Assembly: GCF_003428155.1 (NCBI RefSeq)
Contig: NZ_QLIR01000016.1
Span: 9,412 to 41,411 of the forward strand
From: Fastidiosibacter lacustris
GTDB lineage: Bacteria; Pseudomonadota; Gammaproteobacteria; Francisellales; Francisellaceae
Direction: 5' to 3'
DNA length: 32,000 nt
Part shown: positions 10,115-19,496 of the stretch, in pieces
Layout: every line of letters begins with the position of its first letter
How positions within the stretch are numbered: position 1 is the first letter of the stretch
The notes under the pieces: model-generated
What the model was told of the DNA's origin: nothing
Databases searched by the model: none
The model's input: only the letters and a program-made list of their open reading frames with translations
Made by a program: the position numbers and the translations under genes

Positions 10115-10366
10115 ATGGATTACCTCCATCAAGCAATCACGAATCTTTTTCAGAATATTTACTATTTGATTGCAGCCTTTACTGTTATTGTCCATCTTGT
10201 TTGTACACTTGCAGTGATTCGTGATTTGAATAATTTCACAAAGCATAACGTTACCCCACAAATGCTGCCTAATTTTGCATGGGTGATTACCGTATTAATC
10301 AGTGGCATTTGGGGATTATTTATCTACTGGATAATGCATCATTCGAGTTTATGCAGACGCTCGTAG
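10115..10366 (+). CDS. Small hypothetical membrane protein (two predicted TM helices)
   Basis: AAGGAG lies 7 nt upstream of the ATG, and the gene starts 9 nt after the LOG-family gene. It has two hydrophobic segments. I recognise no family. Confidence 0.5.
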   Translation: MDYLHQAITNLFQNIYYLIAAFTVIVHLVCTLAVIRDLNNFTKHNVTPQMLPNFAWVITVLISGIWGLFIYWIMHHSSLCRRS

Positions 10367-10411
10367 CCATATGTGAAACAGATTTTAATATATACAAACC
10401 AAGATGAATAA

Positions 10412-11041
10412 ATGCAAAAATTGGATAAAACGTTTTTTGATAAAGATGCCATTACATTGGCAAAGAGATTGTTGGGGAAAGTAATCTACCGTTATCATCA
10501 AGGTATATGGCTTAAAGCACAAATCATTGAAACTGAAAGCTATGAACTAGAAGATAAAGCAAGTCATGCCTGATTGGGTTATACAGAAAAGCGTAAAGCC
10601 TTGTTCATGCCGGCTGGTACGATCTATATGTACTATGCCAGAGGTGGAGATTCATTTAATATATCGGCAGCAGGTAAAGGTAATACCGTGTTAATAAAAT
10701 CGGCTGTGGCTTTTTTGGATGACAGAGAAGATACTTCGGTTATGTTGCAATGTATGCTTAAACTAAATCCATTAAGAGGTGGTAAACCACGTCAAACTAA
10801 GCGTTTATTATCTGGTCAAACCCTGTTGTGTAAGGCTTTGAACCTGAAAGTGTGCGACTGGGATCAACAACAATTCAATGATGTTTTTTATATCGTTGAC
10901 GTTGGTTACACACCTAATGAGATCATTCAAACTACGCGCTTAGGGATTCCCAAGCATCGAGATCCAGATTTACCCTATCGTTTTATTGACAAGGCTTATG
11001 CGCATTTGTCTACCAAAAATCCGTTGACGGTTAAAAAATAA
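10412..11041 (+). pseudogene. mpg: DNA-3-methyladenine glycosylase (Mpg/AAG family) interrupted by an in-frame TGA at 10571-10573
   Basis: From ATG 10412 I read MQKLDKTFFDKDAITLAKRLLGKVIYRY...IIETESYELEDKASHA, then TGA. The same frame continues LGYTEKRKALFMPAGTIYMYYARGG...VLIKSA. Together these give the contiguous Mpg signature ETE(A/S)Y..D.ASHA.xG.T.R...MF..G..Y.Y, and the combined length of about 209 codons is normal for the family. Confidence 0.75.
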
Positions 11042-11283
11042 ATGTATTCCATCTCAAAAACTCTTTTTACTCTTCGTCAATTGCTTTAAATTTGGATACG
11101 CTTAAAAGCCAGTTCGAAATAGGAAAATTATTATTGATTTGGAGACCATAAAAAAACTTTGCCAATTGCTGCTTAACCCCAAATCGATTATAAGGTATAC
11201 TTGCCCATGTTTTGCCCTTTGTGTGAATAAACGCGCAAAAATATTGTTAAACAAACCATAATAGTAAAAATAGTGAGAAAGAT

Positions 11284-12459
11284 ATGAATTTACATGAGTA
11301 TCAAGCAAAACAGCTTTTTGCTGAATATGGCTTACCCGTTTCTAAGGGTTATGCGGTAGAAAGTGTTGAAGAAGCGTTGGTTGCTGTTGATAAAATTGGT
11401 GGTGATACTTGGGTGGTTAAAGCACAGGTTCATGCTGGTGGTCGTGGTAAGGCAGGTGGTGTGAAGCTTGTTTCTAACAAAGAAGATGTTGCAAACTTTG
11501 TAAAACGCATGATGAGAACTCGCCTTGTTACTTTTCAAACTGATGAAAAAGGTCAACCCGTCAGCAAGGTTCTTATCGAAAGTTGCACCGATATCGCCAA
11601 AGAATTATATCTAAGTGCCGTGGTTGATCGTGGTACACGTCGCATTATTTTTATGGCTTCAACTGAAGGCGGCGTTGAGATTGAAGAAGTTGCTGCTCAC
11701 GCACCTCATAAAATTTTCAAAGAGATCGTCGATCCGCTTGTCGGTGCACAACCATATCAAGGTCGCAAGCTTGCATTTAAGCTTGGTCTTGACGGCAATC
11801 AAATCAAGCAGTTTGTTAAGATTTTTTTAGGTCTTGCCAAGATGTTCCAAGAAAGAGATTTAGAGCTTTTAGAAATTAACCCACTTGTTATTACAAATGA
11901 AGCTAACCTTCATTGTTTAGATGCAAAAGTATCGGTTGATAACAATGCCTTATATCGCCAACCGCAATTAGCGGAATGGCGCGATCTGTCTCAAGAAGAT
12001 GAGCGTGAAGCGCGTGCAGCTGCATGGGAGCTTAACTATGTGGCACTAGATGGTGACATCGGTTGCATGGTTAATGGTGCGGGCTTGGCGATGGCAACAA
12101 TGGATATTGTTAAACTTCATGGTGGACGTCCTGCTAACTTCTTAGATGTTGGCGGGGGTGCAACCAAAGAACGTGTAGCTGAGGCATTTAAAATCATCCT
12201 GTCTGATTCAGCAGTTAAAGGTGTTTTTGTTAATATTTTCGGTGGGATTGTTCGTTGTGACATGATCGCAGAAGGCATTATAGCTGCTGTTGAAGAAGTA
12301 GGGGTAAAAGTACCTGTGGTTGTCCGTTTGGCAGGAACAAACGCACAGCTAGGTGCAAAAAAATTAAAAGAAAGTGGCTTGAATATCATTGCAGCTACAG
12401 GTTTTACAGATGGTGCGAAGAAAATCATCGAAGCAGTTAAAGAGGTAACTCACGTATGA
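11284..12459 (+). CDS. sucC: Succinyl-CoA synthetase beta subunit
   Basis: [19 protein letters not shown]...[13 protein letters not shown]...[11 protein letters not shown]...FLDVGGGAT is near-identical in pattern to E. coli SucC. Confidence 0.97.
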   Translation: MNLHEYQAKQLFAEYGLPVSKGYAVESVEEALVAVDKIGGDTWVVKAQVHAGGRGKAGGVKLVSNKEDVANFVKRMMRTRLVTFQTDEKGQPVSKVLIESCTDIAKELYLSAVVDRGTRRIIFMASTEGGVEIEEVAAHAPHKIFKEIVDPLVGAQPYQGRKLAFKLGLDGNQIKQFVKIFLGLAKMFQERDLELLEINPLVITNEANLHCLDAKVSVDNNALYRQPQLAEWRDLSQEDEREARAAAWELNYVALDGDIGCMVNGAGLAMATMDIVKLHGGRPANFLDVGGGATKERVAEAFKIILSDSAVKGVFVNIFGGIVRCDMIAEGIIAAVEEVGVKVPVVVRLAGTNAQLGAKKLKESGLNIIAATGFTDGAKKIIEAVKEVTHV

Positions 12460-13343
12460 GCGTATTAGTTAATAAAAACACAAAAGTTATTTGCCAAGGC
12501 TTCACAGGTAAGCAAGGTACTTTCCATTCTGATCAAGCAATTGCTTATGGGACAAAAATGGTGGGCGGTGTAACTCCAGGTAAAGGTGGAACAATCCATC
12601 TAGGTTTGCCAGTATTTAACACCGTACAAGAAGCTGTTGACGTAGTGCAACCAGATGCAACTGTTATTTATGTGCCAGCGCCTTTCTGTAAGGATTCTAT
12701 CATAGAAGCTGCAGATGCAGGCATTAAACTTATCGTTTGTATTACAGAAGGCATTCCAGTTATGGATATGCTTAAAACAAAAGTCTACCTAGAACGCTCA
12801 GGGTCACGTTTAATCGGTCCAAATTGTCCTGGTGTGATCACACCAGGTGAATGTAAAATTGGTATTATGCCAGGCAATATTCATAAGCCAGGTAAAGTGG
12901 GGATTGTTTCTCGCTCCGGCACATTGACTTATGAAGCCGTAAATCAAACTACCGCGCTTGGTTTTGGTCAGTCAACTTGTATCGGAATAGGTGGTGACCC
13001 TATCCCTGGTACAAACTTTATTGATGCGCTAGCAATGTTCCAAAACGATCCACAAACTGAAGCAATTATCATGGTTGGTGAAATCGGTGGTTCAGCAGAA
13101 GAAGAAGCAGCTGAATATATCAAGCACCATGTTACCAAGCCTGTGGTATCTTATATTGCAGGTGTTACTGCTCCTGCTGGTAAACGTATGGGGCATGCTG
13201 GTGCGATTATCTCTGGTGGTAAAGGTACAGCCGCTGAGAAATTTGCTGCATTAGAGGCAGCAGGTGTTGCAGTGAGTAAATCGCCAGCTGAAATGGGTAA
13301 AATTCTGCAACAAGTAACTGGCTGGACAGTTGAAACGGTTTAA
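12456..13343 (+). CDS. sucD: Succinyl-CoA synthetase alpha subunit
   Basis: [24 protein letters not shown]...SRSGTLTYE...MGHAGAII contains the phosphohistidine loop. It overlaps the sucC stop in an ATGA arrangement. Confidence 0.97.
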   Translation: MSVLVNKNTKVICQGFTGKQGTFHSDQAIAYGTKMVGGVTPGKGGTIHLGLPVFNTVQEAVDVVQPDATVIYVPAPFCKDSIIEAADAGIKLIVCITEGIPVMDMLKTKVYLERSGSRLIGPNCPGVITPGECKIGIMPGNIHKPGKVGIVSRSGTLTYEAVNQTTALGFGQSTCIGIGGDPIPGTNFIDALAMFQNDPQTEAIIMVGEIGGSAEEEAAEYIKHHVTKPVVSYIAGVTAPAGKRMGHAGAIISGGKGTAAEKFAALEAAGVAVSKSPAEMGKILQQVTGWTVETV

Positions 13344-13366
13344 ATATTTAGTTGAAGGAAGTCTCG

Positions 13367-13406
13367 AAAAGTCTTGCTGTCAAACAACAGCAAGACTTTT
13401 TTATTT
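13367..13406 (+). terminator. Rho-independent terminator of sucCD
   Basis: A perfect 10-bp stem, gtcttgctgt (13371-13380) paired with acagcaagac (13387-13396), has a 6-nt loop and is followed by TTTTTT. Confidence 0.75.
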
Positions 13407-13478
13407 GAGCCCTAAATACTCTAAGCAACTTTGCAACAAACTTTAAAAGAATCCACCTAAAAGATAGGGGGAATAAAA

Positions 13479-13751
13479 ATGGAAAAAATTCGAATTTTTG
13501 CTGTTTATTTTGTTTATTACACCGTAATTGGAGCGTTAAGTGCATGGATTCCGCTTACTTGGTTTGGTCTATACTTTGGATTACCTTCTATTTTGATTGC
13601 GGCAATTGTTTTATCAGTTTTACGAATATTTGAACTAGGTTCAACGTGTGCATCATTACGATTGGTTTTTTCAGTTAACAGGTTTTCGATTGCGGTATTA
13701 GTGTTATTCGTTGTTGATTGCTTATATACGATTTGGGTTATTTATATATGA
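13479..13751 (+). CDS. Hypothetical small membrane protein
   Basis: AGGGGG lies about 8 nt upstream of the ATG. The product is very hydrophobic with about 3 TM segments. I recognise no family, and the 3' end sits in a 20-bp tandem duplication. Confidence 0.35.
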   Translation: MEKIRIFAVYFVYYTVIGALSAWIPLTWFGLYFGLPSILIAAIVLSVLRIFELGSTCASLRLVFSVNRFSIAVLVLFVVDCLYTIWVIYI

Positions 13752-13759
13752 TTTGGGTT
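13722..13759. repeat. Tandem direct repeat, two copies of an 18-nt core with a 20-bp period
   Basis: ttatatacgatttgggtt (13722-13739) and ttatatatgatttgggtt (13742-13759) differ at one position. The second copy supplies the TGA stop of ORF 13479-13751. Confidence 0.85.
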
Positions 13760-13813
13760 CTTTACAACACCTTTAGTTATTTATGAATTTTTATAACAAA
13801 CTGGTAAAAACCG

Positions 13814-14164
13814 TTAGTTACTCACATAAATAGTTCCAGGAGGGGAATAATCACCACTGACGCTAATCAATTTATTGTCTTTAAAAGTCAAAATAAGTTG
13901 TTTGTCATTGCGTGGTGCATCATACGATTGTTGGTAACTATAAATATAATTCCATTGATTTTGGTCAAATGGATCAATAATATCAGGTGAGCCCAAGATG
14001 TATTTGATCTGTTCGGGTGTCATACCTGGCTTGATCTGCTGCATTACATTTTGTGGCAAGATCTTTCCTTGTTGTATTGGTGGGGTATAAGGACTGAAAA
14101 TACTACACCCCGAAAACGCCAAGACGCTTAGTAAACAAACTGAAATAAGTAATCTATTTTGCAT
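13814..14164 (-). CDS. bamE: Outer membrane protein assembly factor BamE (SmpA/OmlA lipoprotein)
   Basis: It has the lipobox LAFSGC, then QGKILPQNVMQQIKPGMTPEQIKYILGSPDIIDPFDQNQWNYIY. This matches the E. coli BamE pattern QGN.L....V..I..GMT..QV.Y.LG.P...DPF....W.Y. Confidence 0.8.
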   Translation of the reverse strand: MQNRLLISVCLLSVLAFSGCSIFSPYTPPIQQGKILPQNVMQQIKPGMTPEQIKYILGSPDIIDPFDQNQWNYIYSYQQSYDAPRNDKQLILTFKDNKLISVSGDYSPPGTIYVSN

Positions 14165-14190
14165 CGTTTAATCTATCTATTTATGTTTTT

Positions 14191-14778
14191 TTATACTCCA
14201 AAAAGTCCGCGATCAAGGGTATCACATAGGCAGTTAATAACGATTAGCTGTCCTTCGTGAATACAAGTCGTCTTATCGGAGGGGATGCGAATTTCAACAT
14301 CACTGGGCTGATACATGTGGCGTAGTTTACCACCATCTTTGCCGGTTAAGCTAATGATATGCATATTTTTTTCATGTGCAATCTTAATTGCTTCAATAAT
14401 GTTTTCCGCGTTGCCACTCGTAGTAATACATAGCAAAACGTCTTCAGCCTGCCCTAGTGCACTGATTTGCTGAGCAAAAATCGACTTGTAAGCTTGATCA
14501 TTGGCAATGGCACTTAAAACTGTGCTATTAGACGCAAGTGAAATTGCAGGCAGTGCAGGGCGCTCCATCAAAAAACGGTGGATCAGCTGAGTGCTAAAGT
14601 AGTTAGCTAAAGCCGCTGTGCCACCATTGCCACAGGTAAGGACTTTTTTTCCATTTACAATGGTTGAAACCAGCATTTGACCTGCATGTGCAATAGCGTC
14701 AGCTAGACTATCGGCAATTAGGATGCTGGTTTGAATTGAATGACTAAAATGATCTTTGACACGTTCAGATAAATCCAT
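14191..14778 (-). CDS. diaA: SIS-domain protein of the DiaA type (DnaA initiator-associating protein; GmhA paralogue)
   Basis: CGNGGTAA...ERPALPAISL...LSAIANDQ...TSGNAENII...LTGKDGGKL...EIRIPS...VINCLCDTLDRGLF is colinear with E. coli DiaA, and more so than with GmhA. Confidence 0.8.
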   Translation of the reverse strand: MDLSERVKDHFSHSIQTSILIADSLADAIAHAGQMLVSTIVNGKKVLTCGNGGTAALANYFSTQLIHRFLMERPALPAISLASNSTVLSAIANDQAYKSIFAQQISALGQAEDVLLCITTSGNAENIIEAIKIAHEKNMHIISLTGKDGGKLRHMYQPSDVEIRIPSDKTTCIHEGQLIVINCLCDTLDRGLFGV

Positions 14779-14898
14779 GCTAAATTCCTGCTATCTAAGG
14801 ATTGCTATAAACTATAGATTTGATTAATCTGCCACAATAAAATTTTTAGGTCAAATGGCTTTGCAGGAATTATTGATATGAGAAATAGAGGTGCAATT

Positions 14899-15633
14899 AT
14901 GAATACACTTAATGTTGCATGGAATTTGTACCGCTCTACATTGAAAGTATGCTTCATATTTGCGCTTGTCAGTGCGGTTATTGCTGAATATTTTAAGCTT
15001 TATGCACTAAACGCTGGCGTTGGAGAAATTATCCATGCTTATATGCAAAGTGGGCAAATCCCAGCCACACTACCTGATGCCGAAGTATTAGCACTGTTGG
15101 GTTTAAGTTCGATGTTTATCACAATGTGTGTTTATGGATTGTTGATTTGTATTGGAGGAGAGTATTTTAAAGAAGGTGTCATAAAACCTGAGCTTATGAA
15201 AAATGCCTTTGCAATATTTAGAAAGCGTTTCGGTTTGTTTTTGCTTGTTTGCATTTTAAATGGATTTCTGTGGTTTTTAGCTAGCTTTTTAAGCATATTT
15301 GGATTTTGGTTGGTAACGAGCTTCACGCTTATATTATTACCCACTGTTTTACTCGGTAATGTCGGTGTGTGGATGAGCTTTCGTGAAAATTTTCGCTTGC
15401 TAGGTAGCAACGTATTATATGCGCTGCAATTGGGATTTATTATAGTTGCCATATTGCTAATTAAATACGTAGTTTATGCGCTATTTGCTGCAATTGGCGA
15501 TGGCGTTAGTTTTGGTATTAATCATGTCGTAATTATCTTTATTGATGCTTTTAGCTTAGCGTTCATCGTCATGGTGATGGTGGCAGCATTTTATGAGTTA
15601 AATGCGAAAGATGATTTGCCAATAGAAAATTAA
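14899..15633 (+). CDS. Hypothetical multi-pass inner-membrane protein
   Basis: It has 5-6 hydrophobic helices. I preferred the ATG at 14899, with GAGGTG 6 nt upstream, to 14878. Size and topology resemble YciC/UPF0259-type proteins, but I cannot confirm this by eye. Confidence 0.6.
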   Translation: MNTLNVAWNLYRSTLKVCFIFALVSAVIAEYFKLYALNAGVGEIIHAYMQSGQIPATLPDAEVLALLGLSSMFITMCVYGLLICIGGEYFKEGVIKPELMKNAFAIFRKRFGLFLLVCILNGFLWFLASFLSIFGFWLVTSFTLILLPTVLLGNVGVWMSFRENFRLLGSNVLYALQLGFIIVAILLIKYVVYALFAAIGDGVSFGINHVVIIFIDAFSLAFIVMVMVAAFYELNAKDDLPIEN

Positions 15634-16214
15634 GGGTAAATCGTCCGCATATCCGTGACCATCATATTGGCTTTAACGGCATTAATTAATCCTGGTTTAC
15701 CATCCTCAAAAACATGACACTTATCACATTCAACACCAAGCCTGTCAGCTATTAAAGTAAAGGCTTCAGGGTATTCTTTGGTAGGGTGGTCATCATCTGC
15801 GGTAATAATGAACTCGAATAAATTTTTTATGTTTAGTGTATCAAGCGTTTTAAGAACGTTTTGACATGATCCTCCTGAAATGACAACCATTGGTAGTTTA
15901 CCGTGGTACCTTTTTATAAGATCAACTATTGGAGTGATTGGAATGACTTTGTTGATACTTTGTTCAGCAAGGCTCTCTTTTTCATGCGCAAGTTTATGTA
16001 GATCAAAACGTGTTTGATCTATGTGTGAGGTGAGCTTTTTTAAGATTTGTAACGTCGGAATGCCATTATAGTGGGTAAGCTCATCCGTACTTAAATTAAA
16101 TTGGTGCCGTTTGGCAATAGTATGCCATGCTTCGTTATGAATAATCATGCTATCGGCAATGGTGCCATCGCAGTCAAAAATAAGTGCTTGAGTTTTGGGA
16201 TGGATGTAGATCAT
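15630..16214 (-). CDS. HAD-superfamily hydrolase (subfamily IA, phosphatase / beta-phosphoglucomutase-like)
   Basis: It carries HAD motif I LIFDCDGTIADS, motif II SGGS, and a C-terminal FEDGKPG motif. I preferred the ATG at 16214 (MIYIHPK) to the track start at 16271. Confidence 0.8.
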   Translation of the reverse strand: MIYIHPKTQALIFDCDGTIADSMIIHNEAWHTIAKRHQFNLSTDELTHYNGIPTLQILKKLTSHIDQTRFDLHKLAHEKESLAEQSINKVIPITPIVDLIKRYHGKLPMVVISGGSCQNVLKTLDTLNIKNLFEFIITADDDHPTKEYPEAFTLIADRLGVECDKCHVFEDGKPGLINAVKANMMVTDMRTIYP

Positions 16215-16405
16215 GGTATTTCTCACAGATTTTGATAAATTTTGCTGTACCATTATTGACATAATTATCAAGCTTTAGCAAACTTTTGCGCACTGAATTT
16301 GATTCAATAACTTTATTTGCCATGACCTGTATATAAGCCTTGAGCTTACTTATAGGCTGAAATAAAGCTTAACTATACATGGCATACGAAAACAAGGAGA
16401 AAGAA

Positions 16406-17011
16406 ATGAGTGTTTTAGTAGGGCGCAAAGCGCCAGAATTTACAGCAGCAGCCGTATTGGCTTCAGGTGAAATCGTCAATGCTCTTGAGTTTAGTAAGGC
16501 GCGTAATGACAAATATGCCGCCGTTGTATTTTACCCATTGGATTTCACATTTGTTTGTCCATCTGAGCTTATTGCTTTAGATAAACGTGTTGATGAGCTT
16601 AAAAAATTAGGTGTGGAAGTATTTGCAGTGTCGATTGATTCTCAATTTACTCACAACGCTTGGCGCAATACCCCAATCAACCAAGGTGGTATTGGTGCGG
16701 TTAACTATACAATGGTTGCTGATGTTGATCATAGCATTGTTAAAGCCTATGGTGTTGAGCATCCCGAAGCTGCTGTTGCTTTCCGTGGTACTTTTTTAAT
16801 TGACAAAGAAGGTGTAGTTAGACATCAAGTAGTGAATGACCTTCCACTTGGTCGCAATATGGATGAATTAATACGTATGGTCAAAGCACTCCAATTCTAC
16901 GAAAAGCATGGTGAAGTTTGCCCTGCTGGTTGGAAGGAAGGTGATAAAGGGATGAGTGCATCACCTGAGGGCGTTGCCAGTTATTTGGCAGAAAATGCAG
17001 AATCTTTGTAA
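16406..17011 (+). CDS. ahpC: Typical 2-Cys peroxiredoxin (AhpC/TsaA type)
   Basis: The peroxidatic Cys motif is DFTFVCPSE and the resolving Cys motif is GEVCPAGW. The gene is colinear with TsaA-type peroxiredoxins. AAGGAG lies 8 nt upstream of the ATG at 16406. Confidence 0.92.
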   Translation: MSVLVGRKAPEFTAAAVLASGEIVNALEFSKARNDKYAAVVFYPLDFTFVCPSELIALDKRVDELKKLGVEVFAVSIDSQFTHNAWRNTPINQGGIGAVNYTMVADVDHSIVKAYGVEHPEAAVAFRGTFLIDKEGVVRHQVVNDLPLGRNMDELIRMVKALQFYEKHGEVCPAGWKEGDKGMSASPEGVASYLAENAESL

Positions 17012-17160
17012 TTTTTATTAAAAAATGATATGAATTGCTTGAAAATTTAAAATAAAGTGTTACCTTTGTCGGGGTGTAGTTTTTAAGACGGTTAGAATAC
17101 CGCGAGAAAAGGAATAAAAATTTAATAAAAATAAGTTTTAAAACAGTTGAGGAGAAACTA

Positions 17161-18438
17161 ATGAAACTTAAGATGATCGTAGCAGCGGTTGCTGCAACTG
17201 CAAGCGCTTCAGCTTTTGCAGCTGGTTCAATGAATGATCAAGTACAAAACGGTGGCGGTATCGTTAACGTTCGTACAGATGCGCAATATGCGCAACAAAT
17301 GCTAAACAACCAGCAGGTAACTGGTTCTGTATTGAATATTTTGAATGCACGTCAATCAGGTGATCTAGCCTCTAACGCTATCTATATTGGTGGAAAAGGT
17401 GAGATTTACGCGCAATATCAGAATACTTCAAGTGCCCCTAATTCAAACAATAACAGTAAAACTGAAATTAAAATGCCTTATGCTGATTTAGCATTTACAT
17501 CAACTATTGGTGATTGGGTAAGTGGTTTTGCTGATATTCAAGTTAATAATGCTGCTAGTAGTAGTGTAATATTGCCAAGTGCTTATTTTATTTTTGGTAA
17601 CTTGTCTAAGTCTCCATTCTACGCATTTGGTGGTAAAAAAGTAGTTGAATTTGGTAAATTTGATTCAGTCACTAACTTTATGCCAACCTTAACCCGTGCT
17701 TACTTTATAGCTTATGGTGGTCAAGTCGGTGCTGGTTTTACTATGAATGGTTTAGACGTTGTTGCTACTTTAATGAATGGTAAAGGCACTGCAATGATGA
17801 ACTCTCAAGCATCAAGTGCACAACAAATTAATGATTTTGCAATTAATGCTTCATATAACGGTAAAGCAGGTAACTTAGGCTACTATGCAGGTGCGGGTTA
17901 TATTAATGCAACAGGTTTCTCTGGTAATCCAACTGGTGCAAATAACAAAATGGTGGGTGCATTAGATTTTAACGCTGGTTTCAACATCCAAGGTCTTGCA
18001 GTTAATGGTGAGTTTTTAGTAACAACTTCTGGCGTTCATGGTATGAATAAGACTGCATTTGGTTCTAATACCATTCCTGGCGTTGCATCTCATCCTGATA
18101 CAGCAGGGGCAACAGCGTTTGCTATTAATGCACTTCCAACGTTAATTACTTTTGGCGGTACAACAGCGGGTGCATCTAATTGTACGGTTAAAGCGTGGAG
18201 CTTAGACTCTTCTTACACGATACCTGTTGCTGGTAAAGACATGGTGCCTTATGTATCTTATAGTCAAGTAGCACAAAACTCTGACAATAACTTATATCAA
18301 TTAGAACTTGGTACGCGTTATAACATTGTCGACACTGTTTGGCTTGGTGGTTCTTATAACTATATGTCTGGTAAATCAACAGGTACCAAAGTGGGTAGCT
18401 TCAACACAATTATGTTGGATGCAACTGTTTACTTCTAA
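17161..18438 (+). CDS. Outer-membrane beta-barrel porin (major outer membrane protein-like)
   Basis: It has a strong RBS (GAGGAG), the signal peptide MKLKMIVAAVAATASASAFA, G/N/S/T/Y-rich alternating strands and a C-terminal aromatic residue (...ATVYF). A terminator follows. The exact family is not identifiable by eye. Confidence 0.75.
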   Translation: MKLKMIVAAVAATASASAFAAGSMNDQVQNGGGIVNVRTDAQYAQQMLNNQQVTGSVLNILNARQSGDLASNAIYIGGKGEIYAQYQNTSSAPNSNNNSKTEIKMPYADLAFTSTIGDWVSGFADIQVNNAASSSVILPSAYFIFGNLSKSPFYAFGGKKVVEFGKFDSVTNFMPTLTRAYFIAYGGQVGAGFTMNGLDVVATLMNGKGTAMMNSQASSAQQINDFAINASYNGKAGNLGYYAGAGYINATGFSGNPTGANNKMVGALDFNAGFNIQGLAVNGEFLVTTSGVHGMNKTAFGSNTIPGVASHPDTAGATAFAINALPTLITFGGTTAGASNCTVKAWSLDSSYTIPVAGKDMVPYVSYSQVAQNSDNNLYQLELGTRYNIVDTVWLGGSYNYMSGKSTGTKVGSFNTIMLDATVYF

Positions 18439-18463
18439 TCTGACTGATTAGTTTAGATATATT

Positions 18464-18495
18464 AAAAGGTCGCTGATGCGGCCTTTTTTATTTTG
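18464..18495 (+). terminator. Rho-independent terminator of the porin gene
   Basis: The stem aaaaggtcgc / gcggcctttt contains one G-U pair, has the loop tgat, and is followed by ttattttg. Confidence 0.6.
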
Positions 18496-18581
18496 TAGTT
18501 TAAGCAAAAAGTGATTTTACAAAAATACCTTGTTAGTATGGCACAACCTTGATCACACTTTCTTTGGTTGAAGGAAATGAT

Positions 18582-19496
18582 ATGACTGAAAAGTCACATT
18601 TTTACGCTCCTAAATATTGGGGCTTACAATTATTTTTCTTATTCGCGCGGTTGTTTGTGCGATTACCCTATCGCTGGCAAATGCGTTTTGGTGTGCGCCT
18701 TGGGCGAATGATATATCCCTTTTTAAGGCGACGTAAACATATTACGATGATTAACCTTAAAATTGCATTTCCAAATAAAAGTACACATGAACTTACTGTA
18801 TTGTGTAAAAAATGCTTTGATTCGATTGCGGTTTCTGGGATTGAAACGATGATTGCCTGGTTTATGCCTAAGCATCAATTTCAAAAGATCAAAATTGATA
18901 CACATGGTATGGAACATTTTGAAAACGTGCATAATGATCCTAGAAAAGGGGCATTGATGCTGGGCTCACATTTTACTTGTATGGAAATCATTGGGCGATA
19001 CATTGGGGAAAACTACTCTCCTTTTTATTTGGTATACCAAAAGCATAAAAATACACTTTTTGAGCATACGATGACAACAGCGCGTGAGAAGTATGTAACA
19101 CAATGTTTACAGCGCAAAAATGTTGTCTCAATCGTTAAGATGCTTAAGCGCAATGCTTCGGTGTGGTATGCCCCAGATCAAGATTTTGGCGCTGAGCGTA
19201 GTATATTTGTGCCATTTTTTAGCAAGACTTGTTCGACTTTAGTTGCAACCTCGTGGCTTGCAGAAAAAACATCTGCTAAGGTTATCCCCTGTTATTATAC
19301 ACGTAAAGTAGATTTCTCAGGTTATGACATTTATGTATTGCCTGTGCTTGAAAATTTCCCTTCAGGTGACGATTATCAAGATGCGCTTCGTTATCACCAG
19401 ATCTTAGAAAAAGCAATTTGTGAGTTTCCAGACCAATATCTATGGCAACATAGGCGTTATAAGTCGCGCCCGCCAGGTGAAGAAGGAGTATATTGA
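18582..19496 (+). CDS. lpxL: Lipid A biosynthesis lauroyl (late) acyltransferase, LpxL/HtrB family
   Basis: It is colinear with E. coli LpxL: PKYW...LPY..., the HX4E motif GSHFTCMEIIG, VWYAPDQDFG, and DQYLWQHRRYKSRP. The ATG at 18582 is preceded by GAAGGA. Confidence 0.88.
   Translation: MTEKSHFYAPKYWGLQLFFLFARLFVRLPYRWQMRFGVRLGRMIYPFLRRRKHITMINLKIAFPNKSTHELTVLCKKCFDSIAVSGIETMIAWFMPKHQFQKIKIDTHGMEHFENVHNDPRKGALMLGSHFTCMEIIGRYIGENYSPFYLVYQKHKNTLFEHTMTTAREKYVTQCLQRKNVVSIVKMLKRNASVWYAPDQDFGAERSIFVPFFSKTCSTLVATSWLAEKTSAKVIPCYYTRKVDFSGYDIYVLPVLENFPSGDDYQDALRYHQILEKAICEFPDQYLWQHRRYKSRPPGEEGVY

Noticed and set aside
10571-10573. The possibility that the in-frame TGA in mpg is decoded (genetic code 4, or selenocysteine) and is not a stop.
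   Set aside because: TGA clearly terminates other conserved genes here, for example sucC at 12457-12459 and lpxL at 19494-19496. I saw no SECIS-like hairpin directly downstream, and Mpg is not a known selenoprotein.
11102-11308. 68-aa minus-strand ORF overlapping the sucC start.
   Set aside because: It lies in the sucC promoter and leader region, overlaps the sucC start codon, and has no RBS or family signal.
16330-16352. ATAAG-N11-CTTAT inverted repeat upstream of the peroxiredoxin gene, as a possible OxyR/LysR-type operator.
   Set aside because: The arms are only 5 bp and the spacing does not match the OxyR ATAG-N7-CTAT tetramer pattern. This is likely chance in AT-rich DNA.
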